Positions 54,001-63,693 of a DNA stretch of 64,000 nt are shown in pieces (within the stretch, counting starts at the first letter, position 1; every line of letters begins with the position of its first letter). The translations under genes and the position numbers were made by a program. The stretch comes from a virus. Location: IMG/VR virus record IMGVR_UViG_3300022745_000628, positions 1 to 64,000 of that record. One strand, 5' to 3'. The notes beneath the pieces are model-generated. The model saw nothing but the letters and a program-made list of their open reading frames with translations, had not been told where the DNA came from and did not search any database.

Positions 54001-56313
54001 ATGACGTTTGACGTAAGAAACCTAACAGGCTGGGTAGAGAACAAACCAGCAATTCAAGAAACTGTTGCCGAACACGGAGAGCTCCGACGCGTAGCAAGCA
54101 ACCTTATTGGCGCTGAACAGAAGGACGTGTTCCTTTGGCGCCCGTTGCTAAAGGTTAAGCCTACGTGGCGTAGGAAGGCACAAAAAATCGGTGATTGTTC
54201 GCGGAAGGGGGCATTAATTGCCCTTAAGGACGGCACACTCAAAGCCATTGAAACCATTAAGATTGGTGAAGAAGTCATCTCCGGTAATGGTAATGCTCGA
54301 GCCGTTACAAACATTGTACATAAGCCTGTCGCCGACTATAACATGGTCGAGCTGCAATTACGCGGAAGTTTGCGGCCATTGCATCTTACAGTTGATCACT
54401 TGCTGCCTTGTATTACGCCAGAAGGCGAATACTTGTGGATACCCGCCGGCGAGATGACCACAAAACACACGTTACTGTTCGGTGTCGGCGTAGACGAATC
54501 TCACACTGTAGCACCTACGTTTGACATGGCGGATTTCTGCCAGGATCCGATTACAGACGAAACACCTAACAACGTCAAGGTAGCTGGATTACAAGAACCA
54601 CGCCGATTCGTACCGGTTACACCAGGCCGAGTCCGGGACAAAGGGGCTGGCACTGAGTGCAATCGATTCGTACAAATGGACGAGCGGCTTGCTTGGCTTA
54701 TCGGGTTGTACGCCGCTGAAGGATCTTTGGATAAGAGTGCGTCCGGGCATCCGCGCCGCATAACGTTCAACCTGGGTAGGCACCGTATGCGTGATGCCTG
54801 CAAAGCTGCGCGCTATATCACGGAAATCTTCGGTATTGATGCCGAAGTGGTACACGTGCCGTCCAAGCCGAGTGTATTGTATGTACGAGTTTGCGGTAAA
54901 ATAGTACCGAATTTCTTTTCAGAAATGGTTTCTGGCAATGTTTATGTCAAGGCTTTGAAGCCTTTGCTGCACAATTTGCCGTTGGAGTTGCGAAAGTCAC
55001 TGTTACGCGGTTGGTTTGACGGAGATGGACATGTCAGTTTGAAAGAAAAGGGTTGCGGTTCTACATCCAGTCGTGCGCTGTTTGAAGATATGCGCAGACT
55101 ATTCCACAGTTGTGGTATGGCTATCTCTTGCAGCGTTATTCCAGCAAAGCCGGGGCACAAAGAAGCGTATTCTATCTCAATACGTAAAGACCAATTGCAA
55201 ACTATTTACCCGTTCGGAGACTACCCGCCAATCGCTCATAAAGACGGAACTGTTACATTTTGGCAACCTAGGCAGCCAGAAACGCAGCCTGCGCCTGCGG
55301 CAACAAATGTAGCTGTGGCAGAAGAAGCGCCTATCGGAGCGCCATCAGCAATTACAGCTATTCGGTATTACACACTTCACGACCAAGTTTATTGCTTGGA
55401 AGTAGCCGAAGATCACTCGTTTTTAGCTGAGGGAGTGGTTATCTCGAATTGTGTTTCGTGGGGCTGTGAAATCGCAATGACCTTGTTAATGGCCCTACAA
55501 GACGTCATTGGCGAAGGGCAATTCATTGAAGAAGCGGCCACAGAAGCTATCTACGGCGGAGCTCGTGTTGAAGTAACTGGTCGACAAGGTGGTTATGAAG
55601 ATGGGGCTGTCGGTGCTTACGCAGCTAAATGGGTAAACAAGTGGGGAGTTATTCTTCGGTTGGATTATTCCAAAGACACCGGAAACCCTGACCACAACCT
55701 TACCAAGTACAGCGGTGACAAAGCCAAAGACTGGGGTAACTTCGGTTGCGGCGGCCGCAATGACAAGGGTGCACTGGATAACATCGCCAAGAAGTTCCCA
55801 TGTAGCCACATTGCACAGGTTACTACGATTCCAGAGGCTATTGCAGCGTTGTCTAATGGTTACCCGGTAACTATTGCGTCCAACGCCGGATTCGGCGATA
55901 TGCGCCGTGATTCAACTGGTGTATGCCGATGGACAAATTCTTGGGGGCATTTAATGTGTCTATGGGGATTACGCTGGGTCAGCGGACATCCTCAATTCCG
56001 TATTTGTCAATCCTGGGGCGACGTATGTTCGGGACCGGATCCTGGAATTCTCGAGTCCATCTCGGACATTTGGAAGCCAGAGGTTAGCGCTGTCGGCAGC
56101 GAATCAAGCGGTCTGCTGTTGCCGCACGCAGACTTCCCGTATCAAACCGATCCTACAAGTGATCCGTGGAATCCGGTATCTGCTACTAGCTGGTGGGCAA
56201 CGGAAGCCGACATAGCACGAATTTTACAGTCTGGAGATTGCTGGACGTATTCCGGCGTACAAGGCTTCGTAAAACGAAACATTGATTTTGCAAAGGGATT
56301 TAGCACATGGTAA
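54001..56313 (+). CDS. Papain-like (C1-type) cysteine protease containing an intein
   Basis: Spliced Q-K-I-G-D|C-V-S-W-G; WGH; QSWG. Confidence 0.85.
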   Translation: MTFDVRNLTGWVENKPAIQETVAEHGELRRVASNLIGAEQKDVFLWRPLLKVKPTWRRKAQKIGDCSRKGALIALKDGTLKAIETIKIGEEVISGNGNARAVTNIVHKPVADYNMVELQLRGSLRPLHLTVDHLLPCITPEGEYLWIPAGEMTTKHTLLFGVGVDESHTVAPTFDMADFCQDPITDETPNNVKVAGLQEPRRFVPVTPGRVRDKGAGTECNRFVQMDERLAWLIGLYAAEGSLDKSASGHPRRITFNLGRHRMRDACKAARYITEIFGIDAEVVHVPSKPSVLYVRVCGKIVPNFFSEMVSGNVYVKALKPLLHNLPLELRKSLLRGWFDGDGHVSLKEKGCGSTSSRALFEDMRRLFHSCGMAISCSVIPAKPGHKEAYSISIRKDQLQTIYPFGDYPPIAHKDGTVTFWQPRQPETQPAPAATNVAVAEEAPIGAPSAITAIRYYTLHDQVYCLEVAEDHSFLAEGVVISNCVSWGCEIAMTLLMALQDVIGEGQFIEEAATEAIYGGARVEVTGRQGGYEDGAVGAYAAKWVNKWGVILRLDYSKDTGNPDHNLTKYSGDKAKDWGNFGCGGRNDKGALDNIAKKFPCSHIAQVTTIPEAIAALSNGYPVTIASNAGFGDMRRDSTGVCRWTNSWGHLMCLWGLRWVSGHPQFRICQSWGDVCSGPDPGILESISDIWKPEVSAVGSESSGLLLPHADFPYQTDPTSDPWNPVSATSWWATEADIARILQSGDCWTYSGVQGFVKRNIDFAKGFSTW
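54196..55449 (+). other. Intein (418 aa) with LAGLIDADG homing endonuclease
   Basis: Starts CSRKGALIAL, ends GVVISN|C; motifs LIGLYAAEG and LRGWFDGDG. Confidence 0.9.
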
Positions 56314-57200
56314 ATAAAATCACGTGGGTTGTTTTGGTTGTTAGTTTGATGGTGGGCTGCCATCCTGGGGCCTCGCCTAACACTAAGTCCAATTACAAAC
56401 AAATTGTTAAGGCTGACGCGGCAGTAATTATTGCATTGGAAGCTGCTGCGCCGTCTGCAATTGTGCCGCATACACCTGTTTCGGATGTATGTCCGAACTG
56501 TGACGGCGTTGGAAAGGTAGGCGACGGGCGTACAATGGTTACTTGCCCAGTATGCAAAGGTACTGGCAAGAAACCAAGCAAGGCCACCGAATCTTCAAAT
56601 ATCGAGCTTCCGCCTCCATTGGAAGAAGATATTGGGAATAGTTCACTGGGCGAGATTGCCGAGCCTGCCGTTAAACAGGATACTAGCCATAACGTATCCA
56701 AGCATTTAATCGGACCAGCTGCACCTGCGGCTTGTCCGTTGCCGGAACCAATTGATTACGACAAGATATTTGCCGAAGTTGAAAAGAAAGTAAGCGAAGC
56801 TGTAAGCGCTAAAAAGCCGTTTATGGAAGTCGAAGCTGCCGCTATGAACGATACCCAAGAGCAAATAACCAAGCTTGTAGACAAGTACATCGAATTAGCC
56901 GAGAAAATCACATCCCTTGAAAAGAAACTGGCCGACATGACCGTTGCTGTGAAACCTGAGCCCGCCACCAAGCCATTACCGCCGACGACAGATTCGTATG
57001 GCGTAGTTACGGCATATCTGATTTATGATTCGGCAGATATGCACAAGTTCAGAAATACGATTGCTTCCAAATTACCGCAAGGTTGGAAGTATTCCGAAGT
57101 CTACACCAACCAGCCTACCAAGCTGCAAGTACTAGAAAACCGTCAAATTCGTACGTTCCAGGGTATTCCCGCGCTAACTGACATCGTCACTTCCAAGTAA
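56307..57200 (+). CDS. Lipoprotein with DnaJ-type Zn finger and coiled coil
   Basis: Lipobox-like LMVGC; CPNCDGVG..CPVCKGTG. Confidence 0.7.
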   Translation: MVNKITWVVLVVSLMVGCHPGASPNTKSNYKQIVKADAAVIIALEAAAPSAIVPHTPVSDVCPNCDGVGKVGDGRTMVTCPVCKGTGKKPSKATESSNIELPPPLEEDIGNSSLGEIAEPAVKQDTSHNVSKHLIGPAAPAACPLPEPIDYDKIFAEVEKKVSEAVSAKKPFMEVEAAAMNDTQEQITKLVDKYIELAEKITSLEKKLADMTVAVKPEPATKPLPPTTDSYGVVTAYLIYDSADMHKFRNTIASKLPQGWKYSEVYTNQPTKLQVLENRQIRTFQGIPALTDIVTSK

Positions 57201-57209
57201 GGTCTGCAC

Positions 57210-59006
57210 ATGTTATTCAAATTCGGCAAGAAACCAGCTCGACACGATCCGAGACTATTTCAACTAAGCAACTACCTTAACAAGGCTACGTTGCCAACGC
57301 CGCCGGCGGAATTTGGCCATGAAAATCTGATCAATTCGTGGGGTATGCTCGCGAACGATCAGTATGGTTGTCATGACGATCAAACTGAGGTATTAACCGA
57401 CGCAGGCTGGCAAAAGTGGCCTGAATACGATGGTAAAGCACTGCTCGGCACAATGAATACGGCCACCGGAATGCTGGAATACCAAGCTCCGTTAGCAATC
57501 AAGCGTGCTCCATATTCGGGAAAAATGTTTTACGCTGACCATGCCGCTATGGATTTTGCGTTGACACCTGAACATCGCATGTATCACCAGCAATACCACG
57601 TTCCTAAGCCGTATACGCCTAATTCCGCTTATTGGGGACAACCTCAATTTAAAACAATTGACAGTATGAGTAAGCGTGTACGTATTCCGGGCTGCACGAA
57701 TGGATTTATTGGTACCGGGCTGGTAGAGTTAGAGATTGGCGCTAGAAAATGGAGTGGCGACGATTTTATAGCGCTATTGTCATTAATTGCGTCTGATGGT
57801 TGGGTAGGCGGGTCTGAGACAACTTGGCGAAGAATATCGTTCTGCTGTTTTAGAGACGACCGTCGCGAAATGGTAGCCGCCTTAGCATTTAGACTAGGCA
57901 TCAAAGAAACTGTCCGTCGCGGAGTATGGGAATTTACCGATCCAGCATTAGCTGATTGGTTACGGGCGAATCTGTTTACATCTCCGACGTACAGAAGTGC
58001 GTTTAAGAAGGTGCCTGATCTGGTCAAAGTGGCCAGCCAATCCCAAATACACAGGTTCTTAGATTTTTACGGAGATCAGCACACGATTGGCGATACTCGG
58101 GCTTACTCATCCACAAGTAAACAAATGATAGACGACTTGCAAGAGTTGCTATTAAAAACCGGCGAGTCTGGCGCTACACGTGAACGACCTTTACGAGAGT
58201 CCCATGCCCGTAAACAAGATGGTACTATGGTGCACAGTCGCTCCCCAGAGCATACGCTGTATCAACGAAAACGCGAGCATCTGGCTATTTGCCAGACCAC
58301 GCGTAATCCTTGCATTCGCGACGACTACTATAACGGAGATATATTCTGTGCAACTGTGCCGAATTCTACGTTGATTACCCGCCGTAACGGTTACCCGCTA
58401 ATTTCAGGAAATTGCTGCGTCTGGGCTGGCGCGGCCCATGAAACTATGCTTTGGAACGCTATGGCCCGTAAAACTGTTATGTTTACCGACGCTGGTGTAT
58501 TGTCGGATTATTCGGCCGTTACCGGCTTTAATCCTCGTAATCCTGCTTCTGATCAGGGCACGGACATGCTTGAAGCTGCCAGCTATCGCCGAAAGGTTGG
58601 CGTACTGGATGGCGGCGGCAAACGACATAAGGTTGCTGCTTATTTAGGCATCACTCCCGGTGATCCAGTCGAACACGCCGTAGCGCTGTACCTGTTTGGC
58701 GCAGTCGGACTAGGTATCGAAGTGCCTAGCAGTGCGATTACTCAATTCAATGTAGGCAAACCGTGGGATGTAGCTAAGCGTTCGTCAATACTCGGCGGAC
58801 ATTACATTCCATTGGTAGCCAAGCGTAACAACATGTTTTCATGTGTTACATGGGGACGAATTCAACCGATGACCATGAAATTCCTACAAAAGTACTGCGA
58901 TCAGTCGATTGTGTACGTGTCGGAAGAAATGCTCACCAACGGCAAATCTCTCGAGGGATTTGACAAAGCCACACTTCTCGCGGATCTCAATGCTTTACCT
59001 CACTAG
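57210..59006 (+). CDS. Second papain-like cysteine protease containing an intein
   Basis: Spliced MLANDQYG|CCVWAGAAH; GGHYI; TWG. Confidence 0.8.
   Translation: MLFKFGKKPARHDPRLFQLSNYLNKATLPTPPAEFGHENLINSWGMLANDQYGCHDDQTEVLTDAGWQKWPEYDGKALLGTMNTATGMLEYQAPLAIKRAPYSGKMFYADHAAMDFALTPEHRMYHQQYHVPKPYTPNSAYWGQPQFKTIDSMSKRVRIPGCTNGFIGTGLVELEIGARKWSGDDFIALLSLIASDGWVGGSETTWRRISFCCFRDDRREMVAALAFRLGIKETVRRGVWEFTDPALADWLRANLFTSPTYRSAFKKVPDLVKVASQSQIHRFLDFYGDQHTIGDTRAYSSTSKQMIDDLQELLLKTGESGATRERPLRESHARKQDGTMVHSRSPEHTLYQRKREHLAICQTTRNPCIRDDYYNGDIFCATVPNSTLITRRNGYPLISGNCCVWAGAAHETMLWNAMARKTVMFTDAGVLSDYSAVTGFNPRNPASDQGTDMLEAASYRRKVGVLDGGGKRHKVAAYLGITPGDPVEHAVALYLFGAVGLGIEVPSSAITQFNVGKPWDVAKRSSILGGHYIPLVAKRNNMFSCVTWGRIQPMTMKFLQKYCDQSIVYVSEEMLTNGKSLEGFDKATLLADLNALPH
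57369..58412 (+). other. Intein (348 aa) with partly degenerate LAGLIDADG domain
   Basis: Starts CHDDQTEVLT, ends ITRRNGYPLISGN|C; LSLIASDG; second motif FLDFYGDQ degenerate. Confidence 0.88.
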
Positions 59007-59017
59007 GATGTAACATC

Positions 59018-59371
59018 ATGCCATTACGTGTTTCGGACCGGACACCAGACGCTTTTTTTGAAGCTGCCATCACGCAGCGAGGAATTCGGCGTACCGCCGG
59101 TAACGGGCGCATATGCCGTGATGTGTTCCGATGGTGCCAGGAAAATGAGCAGCGATTGCTTAATTTAAAGGACTCGGTTGGAGCGGTTGCAGACAACCGA
59201 GATCCGTTTGTTGACCGAGCGGTGCAAATCTACCGCGAAGAGAAGTACGGCTCGGTGTTGCTGTACATCGGTTTTCAGCTGGCGTACATGTTGATTAAAA
59301 TGATTATTGAATCATATTTCTTTTCGTCGCCAGCGCCAGGATGCTCTAAATGTTCGCAACTACATGGATAA
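59018..59371 (+). CDS. Protein with C-terminal TM helix
   Basis: YGSVLLYIGFQLAYMLIKMIIE. Confidence 0.65.
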   Translation: MPLRVSDRTPDAFFEAAITQRGIRRTAGNGRICRDVFRWCQENEQRLLNLKDSVGAVADNRDPFVDRAVQIYREEKYGSVLLYIGFQLAYMLIKMIIESYFFSSPAPGCSKCSQLHG

Positions 59372-59781
59372 ATCGATTTGCTTGGATAGCCGCTGCTGTG
59401 TTTGTAATCGGATGTGTACCGTCTGCGATGGTACTGTCCGATAGCGCTAATACTTGGCTGACACCTGCGCCAGAATACAACGTATACGTATTTTCTGGTG
59501 CATTCTGTCCGGCGTGTCGAGCGCAAGCGGCCAACTGGGAAGCAGCTGATATCGCAGGCTTATTGAAGAAACAAGGTATAACCTACTTCAATATCGACAC
59601 TGCGAAGGAACTGACACTTACTCAACAGTGGGGCGTCAAGATCATTCCAACCACTATAATGGTGGAAGTAATGCCTAGTGGTAAATCTGCCAGGGCAGTC
59701 CGGCGTTTTAATGCCATGATGTCTGAAAGCCAACTTAAGGACTTCGTCAATTTAAATGCTACGCCACCAATATCCAACTAA
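59350..59781 (+). CDS. Thioredoxin-like lipoprotein
   Basis: Signal with VIGC lipobox; CPAC; cis-Pro IIPT. Confidence 0.8.
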   Translation: MFATTWINRFAWIAAAVFVIGCVPSAMVLSDSANTWLTPAPEYNVYVFSGAFCPACRAQAANWEAADIAGLLKKQGITYFNIDTAKELTLTQQWGVKIIPTTIMVEVMPSGKSARAVRRFNAMMSESQLKDFVNLNATPPISN

Positions 59782-59809
59782 TTTTTCAACCGTAAGAGAG
59801 GCGCTGGTT

Positions 59810-60445
59810 ATGACAATCAAAGCCGGCTATGATTGGGTACGCAACGCTGGCGCTAAATTGTTTTCAACCACTGAAAATGGCTACTCGGTTATGGCTGGCG
59901 GTACTGCTGCTGTGCTATCTAATATCGAAAAGTATGCTGCAAGTTTAGACGCAGCCGCGCGCAGAGCCACGCTTTCACACGATTGTTTTGCAGTCCAAGC
60001 ACAAAATATCCAGGATTTAGTAGCTTTAACCGCTATTCTGCGCAGTTTGCCATTAAACCTATTGATTACCAAACCCAATTCAAACATCATTTGGATCTGC
60101 TCCCGGCAGCTGGCTGAGAAGTTCGGAGCTCCGGTTGCTTCCGTCGAAAATCAACCACTTACGAATATTCCGTATCTTGACAGTGAATGCATGCCGGCGG
60201 TGTGGGCAGCGCTTTCCACAGAAGAGCATGAAGTAGTTAGTTGCACAATTACCAGCGCTACAGGCATTAAATCTGCCATAGATTTTCTGGCATTGCGGAT
60301 AACCACATCATTTGGAAACATCGGCGTGGCCATTGGTACAGATATAATTAAAGCTGATACGCCCTACGCCACTAGCATGAATACTATCAATGGCTTTACA
60401 GACGCAACTATTGCTGGAGCTTCACAAGACAGTTCAGCTGCTTAA
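59810..60445 (+). CDS. Possible PAS-like domain protein
   Basis: NLLIT..IIWICSRQLAEKFG..VENQPL resembles the PAS core. Confidence 0.45.
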   Translation: MTIKAGYDWVRNAGAKLFSTTENGYSVMAGGTAAVLSNIEKYAASLDAAARRATLSHDCFAVQAQNIQDLVALTAILRSLPLNLLITKPNSNIIWICSRQLAEKFGAPVASVENQPLTNIPYLDSECMPAVWAALSTEEHEVVSCTITSATGIKSAIDFLALRITTSFGNIGVAIGTDIIKADTPYATSMNTINGFTDATIAGASQDSSAA

Positions 60446-60710
60446 AGAAGACCTGTTTAATGTGGATAAAACCGCTGCTTTGCTACAACAGCGGTTTGAA
60501 GATTTACATACTCGCGTCAATATATTAGATGCTCAATTAGATAAATTATCTGATAAAGTTACCGACGCGCGTCACCAGCTCGAGTTACAGTTGTTAGAAT
60601 TGGTTGGGAAAACCCAACGACCAGATACCGTGATATACAACACGAATTCGTCTGGCGACAACAGTCAACTAAATCAAGGAGCAAACGTGAATGGGGAGCG
60701 ACGCAGCTAG
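60390..60710 (+). CDS. Coiled-coil protein (possibly N-terminal half of a frameshifted gene)
   Basis: Heptad repeats; ends with NSQLNQG motif. Confidence 0.6.
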   Translation: MALQTQLLLELHKTVQLLKEDLFNVDKTAALLQQRFEDLHTRVNILDAQLDKLSDKVTDARHQLELQLLELVGKTQRPDTVIYNTNSSGDNSQLNQGANVNGERRS

Positions 60711-61260
60711 TTTTAATTTCAACAACAACATTTCTGGTGGAAACGTCCAGCTAAACCAAGGGCAAACGGTTAATGCTGAGCAAACTAACAATGTCGGCGG
60801 ACCGCCGGTATCGTTAGATGAATTCTTTGCCAAGCTCACGGAAATGCTTCGACCGGTAGAAGATCACATTGTTACCAACAGTGATGAATATTCGCCAGAA
60901 GTTGTAGCAGCAGCCCACGATGGCCCACCGATTAGCCAAGTATGTGCAGAAGCGCTAGACGCAGCAAAGCAAGCTGAAGTCGCGCCGCAGCCAGTAACTG
61001 ACGACGATTTAACGTCTTGGCGTAGCGGCATGGCTGATTCTGCCCCGCAGGGTGTTGTTGCCGCAGGTTCGATTCCGGCTAAGGCGTTGGCAATCGTAGA
61101 AACCATTAAGAAGAAGATCCAGTTCTACGGACCTGTGATCGGCAAATCGATTATTGCGTTTACGTTAGCTGCGTTGCAATCCAGCGTAGCTGGCAATCCA
61201 GTCGTAGCCGGTATTTTGGCCGCGCTACAACAGATTCAAACTGAACTGAACAAGGGTTAA
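60691..61260 (+). CDS. Hypothetical protein (possibly C-terminal half of a frameshifted gene)
   Basis: Begins with a second NVQLNQG motif. Confidence 0.65.
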   Translation: MGSDAASFNFNNNISGGNVQLNQGQTVNAEQTNNVGGPPVSLDEFFAKLTEMLRPVEDHIVTNSDEYSPEVVAAAHDGPPISQVCAEALDAAKQAEVAPQPVTDDDLTSWRSGMADSAPQGVVAAGSIPAKALAIVETIKKKIQFYGPVIGKSIIAFTLAALQSSVAGNPVVAGILAALQQIQTELNKG

Positions 61261-61262
61261 AC

Positions 61263-61814
61263 ATGAGGCACGAAGAAAAGTATTTTGCTGATGCTCGTAA
61301 AGGACCGTCACGGTATTTCAAACAGCAACGGTTTTTTGCGTGCGAAGGGTTGATTTGCATTGTCGACGAGCGCCCATCTCGTACCGAGAATGGTGTTTAC
61401 GTCGAAGAAGGCGATTGTATCGTGCTTACGCCTAAGGAATTCACCACGCGAATCAAAGCCGTGACTAAAGGCTATCGCAACCGAAACTATTCCGAAATGA
61501 CTAGTTGGTTAGGCAAGGAACGCAAGAAATACCATATGCAAGCACGCGGCGGGTATGAAGCTGTCGCCGAAGCGCGAGACATGGGAGATCCAAGCGATCC
61601 TGTTGTCCAAGCGTACTGGGCGAAACACCGCGGAAAGCCTTATGTCAGTATGCAAAGCTGCCCGGATATCGGAAAGCTGGCTGGCACAAAAGGTGACGGG
61701 ATTGCTACAACAGTGTTAGGTGCTAAAAAGGCTGTAGGCTCAGAAGTTTTACCCAAATTTCTGCACTTACCTTCCAATTTCACCAAAAGTACGCCAACTA
61801 CCCAGCCGACGTAG
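61263..61814 (+). CDS. Hypothetical protein
   Basis: 183-aa ORF. Confidence 0.65.
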   Translation: MRHEEKYFADARKGPSRYFKQQRFFACEGLICIVDERPSRTENGVYVEEGDCIVLTPKEFTTRIKAVTKGYRNRNYSEMTSWLGKERKKYHMQARGGYEAVAEARDMGDPSDPVVQAYWAKHRGKPYVSMQSCPDIGKLAGTKGDGIATTVLGAKKAVGSEVLPKFLHLPSNFTKSTPTTQPT

Positions 61815-61991
61815 TTGTTATTATGGTGGTGTAGTAGCAATATACGAGTTGCAGTAACTTTGTGACACTTGTGCTGCAACTTATGACTACGGGTTCCGGT
61901 GCTACATTTCCTCGCACTGGGGCCCGTAGTTTTTTTATGCCTATATTCATTACAATAACAATATCTCAAACATACAATTCCAGGAAAAACT

Positions 61992-63311
61992 ATGACTCCA
62001 GAAGAGCAGTTCAAATTCGGATTTTTGGTACGTTGCGCAGAAGAAGGGCTAAACGCTGCACAGATTGAGTTGCGTACCAAACAAGCATCTTGGAATCCGA
62101 TTGATTGGTTAGCTGACACATACGATTACGGGATAGATAAGGCTCGAGATGTGTGGCACGCCGGCCGGAAAGCTTACGATACTGCAAACCAGTACGGTAA
62201 TAATTTCAGAGACGCTGCTTATAACAGCTATGTGGCGCCGATAGCCGGCCCAGCTGATCAGGCCGCTAATATGTGGAACGAGGGTGTTAAAAACGTAAAC
62301 CAGTACGGTAAGAATTTCAAAGACGCTGCTGGTTACAACTATGGCATCCAGCCTACGCCAGCGACGGCTAAACCGGCTACCACCCCTGCGCCGACTACTC
62401 CATCGCCAATTAAGCCAGCTCCGCAGCCTAACATTATTCCATCGCCGAAAAGCATGGGCGAAGCCGCTAAACAACGGAATGCTGGCGGTATGGGAGCTAT
62501 GAAACTGAGCGGCTTGATGGATCCGTTGAACTTAGGCCACAACATGGCTTCTCTTGGAAACGCGGCTGCGTCTGTAATGACCAATCCGCTTGGATTGCGA
62601 TCCGCAGCGCAGACACTGATGCACCCTGATACGCTTAATATTGGCCACAATATGGCTGCGTTAGGCAATACTGCTGCATCAGTGCTGACTAATCCACTAG
62701 GTTTGAGGTCAGCAGGTACTGCATTATTGGATGCCGGCAAGCATTTCCTGCCTAGAGCTGCTCAGGCTAAGTATGTAACGCCTAGCGCTGCTCAACCAGC
62801 TGCACCGCAACCGCAACCGCAACCAGTAGCACCGCAAGCAATGGCCGCACCTCAGCGACAGCCTCGTGCACTCGGATTAGACGGGCCGTATCAAGGTAAG
62901 TCGAATAGCCTACACAATTTTCTTAGTACTATGCCGCCAGAGTGGGAACAATGGTACAACAACCAACTTAAAGTGCGAGCAGCAATGCAAGCAGCACCTG
63001 CGGCTAACGTAGTAAAGAGCGGCTCCGCGTCATCTGATTTAATTAGCGGCGCAGCTAACGTCGGCGCTAACGTGATGACTTTGCCGATTAAATGGCCATT
63101 GCTTGCTGCAGCTGGAGCAACTGCGCTAGGTGTAGGAGCTGGCCATTTACATCAACGTGCGCTTACGGCTCAGGCGCTAGATCCAGAAGATATTCAAAAA
63201 CAAGAGTTGATCCAAGCATACTTGTTGCATCGCCGGCATATACTCGACGAGAAGGCCAGACGTAATTCGGCTGACCGAGAAGTCCAGTTTGCACAAGGTT
63301 TTAATGGATGA
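61992..63311 (+). CDS. Ala/Pro/Gln-rich putative virion protein with internal repeats
   Basis: TKQA|SW motif; repeats NQYGxNFxDAA x2 and LNxGHNMAxLGNxAASVxTNPLGLRSA x2. Confidence 0.65.
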   Translation: MTPEEQFKFGFLVRCAEEGLNAAQIELRTKQASWNPIDWLADTYDYGIDKARDVWHAGRKAYDTANQYGNNFRDAAYNSYVAPIAGPADQAANMWNEGVKNVNQYGKNFKDAAGYNYGIQPTPATAKPATTPAPTTPSPIKPAPQPNIIPSPKSMGEAAKQRNAGGMGAMKLSGLMDPLNLGHNMASLGNAAASVMTNPLGLRSAAQTLMHPDTLNIGHNMAALGNTAASVLTNPLGLRSAGTALLDAGKHFLPRAAQAKYVTPSAAQPAAPQPQPQPVAPQAMAAPQRQPRALGLDGPYQGKSNSLHNFLSTMPPEWEQWYNNQLKVRAAMQAAPAANVVKSGSASSDLISGAANVGANVMTLPIKWPLLAAAGATALGVGAGHLHQRALTAQALDPEDIQKQELIQAYLLHRRHILDEKARRNSADREVQFAQGFNG

Positions 63312-63688
63312 GAGAGCTGCCGCCAGTACCCGGTACTTTAGCACCGAAATCGGTAGACACTAAATTCCGGTACGAGTCGACCAACAAACGTAATCCAAAC
63401 CATAAATTTCAATGGTTTGCTAATACCGAACGAATTCCGGTGCTGTGTTCCGATGGGCAAGCATTAACTCAGCAAGAATTAGATTCTTTAGTCTTACAGC
63501 ACGAATTTCAAAGTCGGTTGTTTGATTTATCTGTGCCGGAAGACATGGCAGCCTATAACGATGTAATGGATAAGATTTACAATGGTTGGTATGCCAAGAT
63601 TGATAAACAACAAAGATGGCCGGAAGGCCGGACACACCCGACAATCTGGCTCGAGTGGGCAATTCGTTACAAAATTCCGCGTCGGTAA
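63308..63688 (+). CDS. Hypothetical protein
   Basis: 126 aa; ATGA coupling. Confidence 0.65.
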   Translation: MRELPPVPGTLAPKSVDTKFRYESTNKRNPNHKFQWFANTERIPVLCSDGQALTQQELDSLVLQHEFQSRLFDLSVPEDMAAYNDVMDKIYNGWYAKIDKQQRWPEGRTHPTIWLEWAIRYKIPRR

Positions 63689-63693
63689 CTAAC

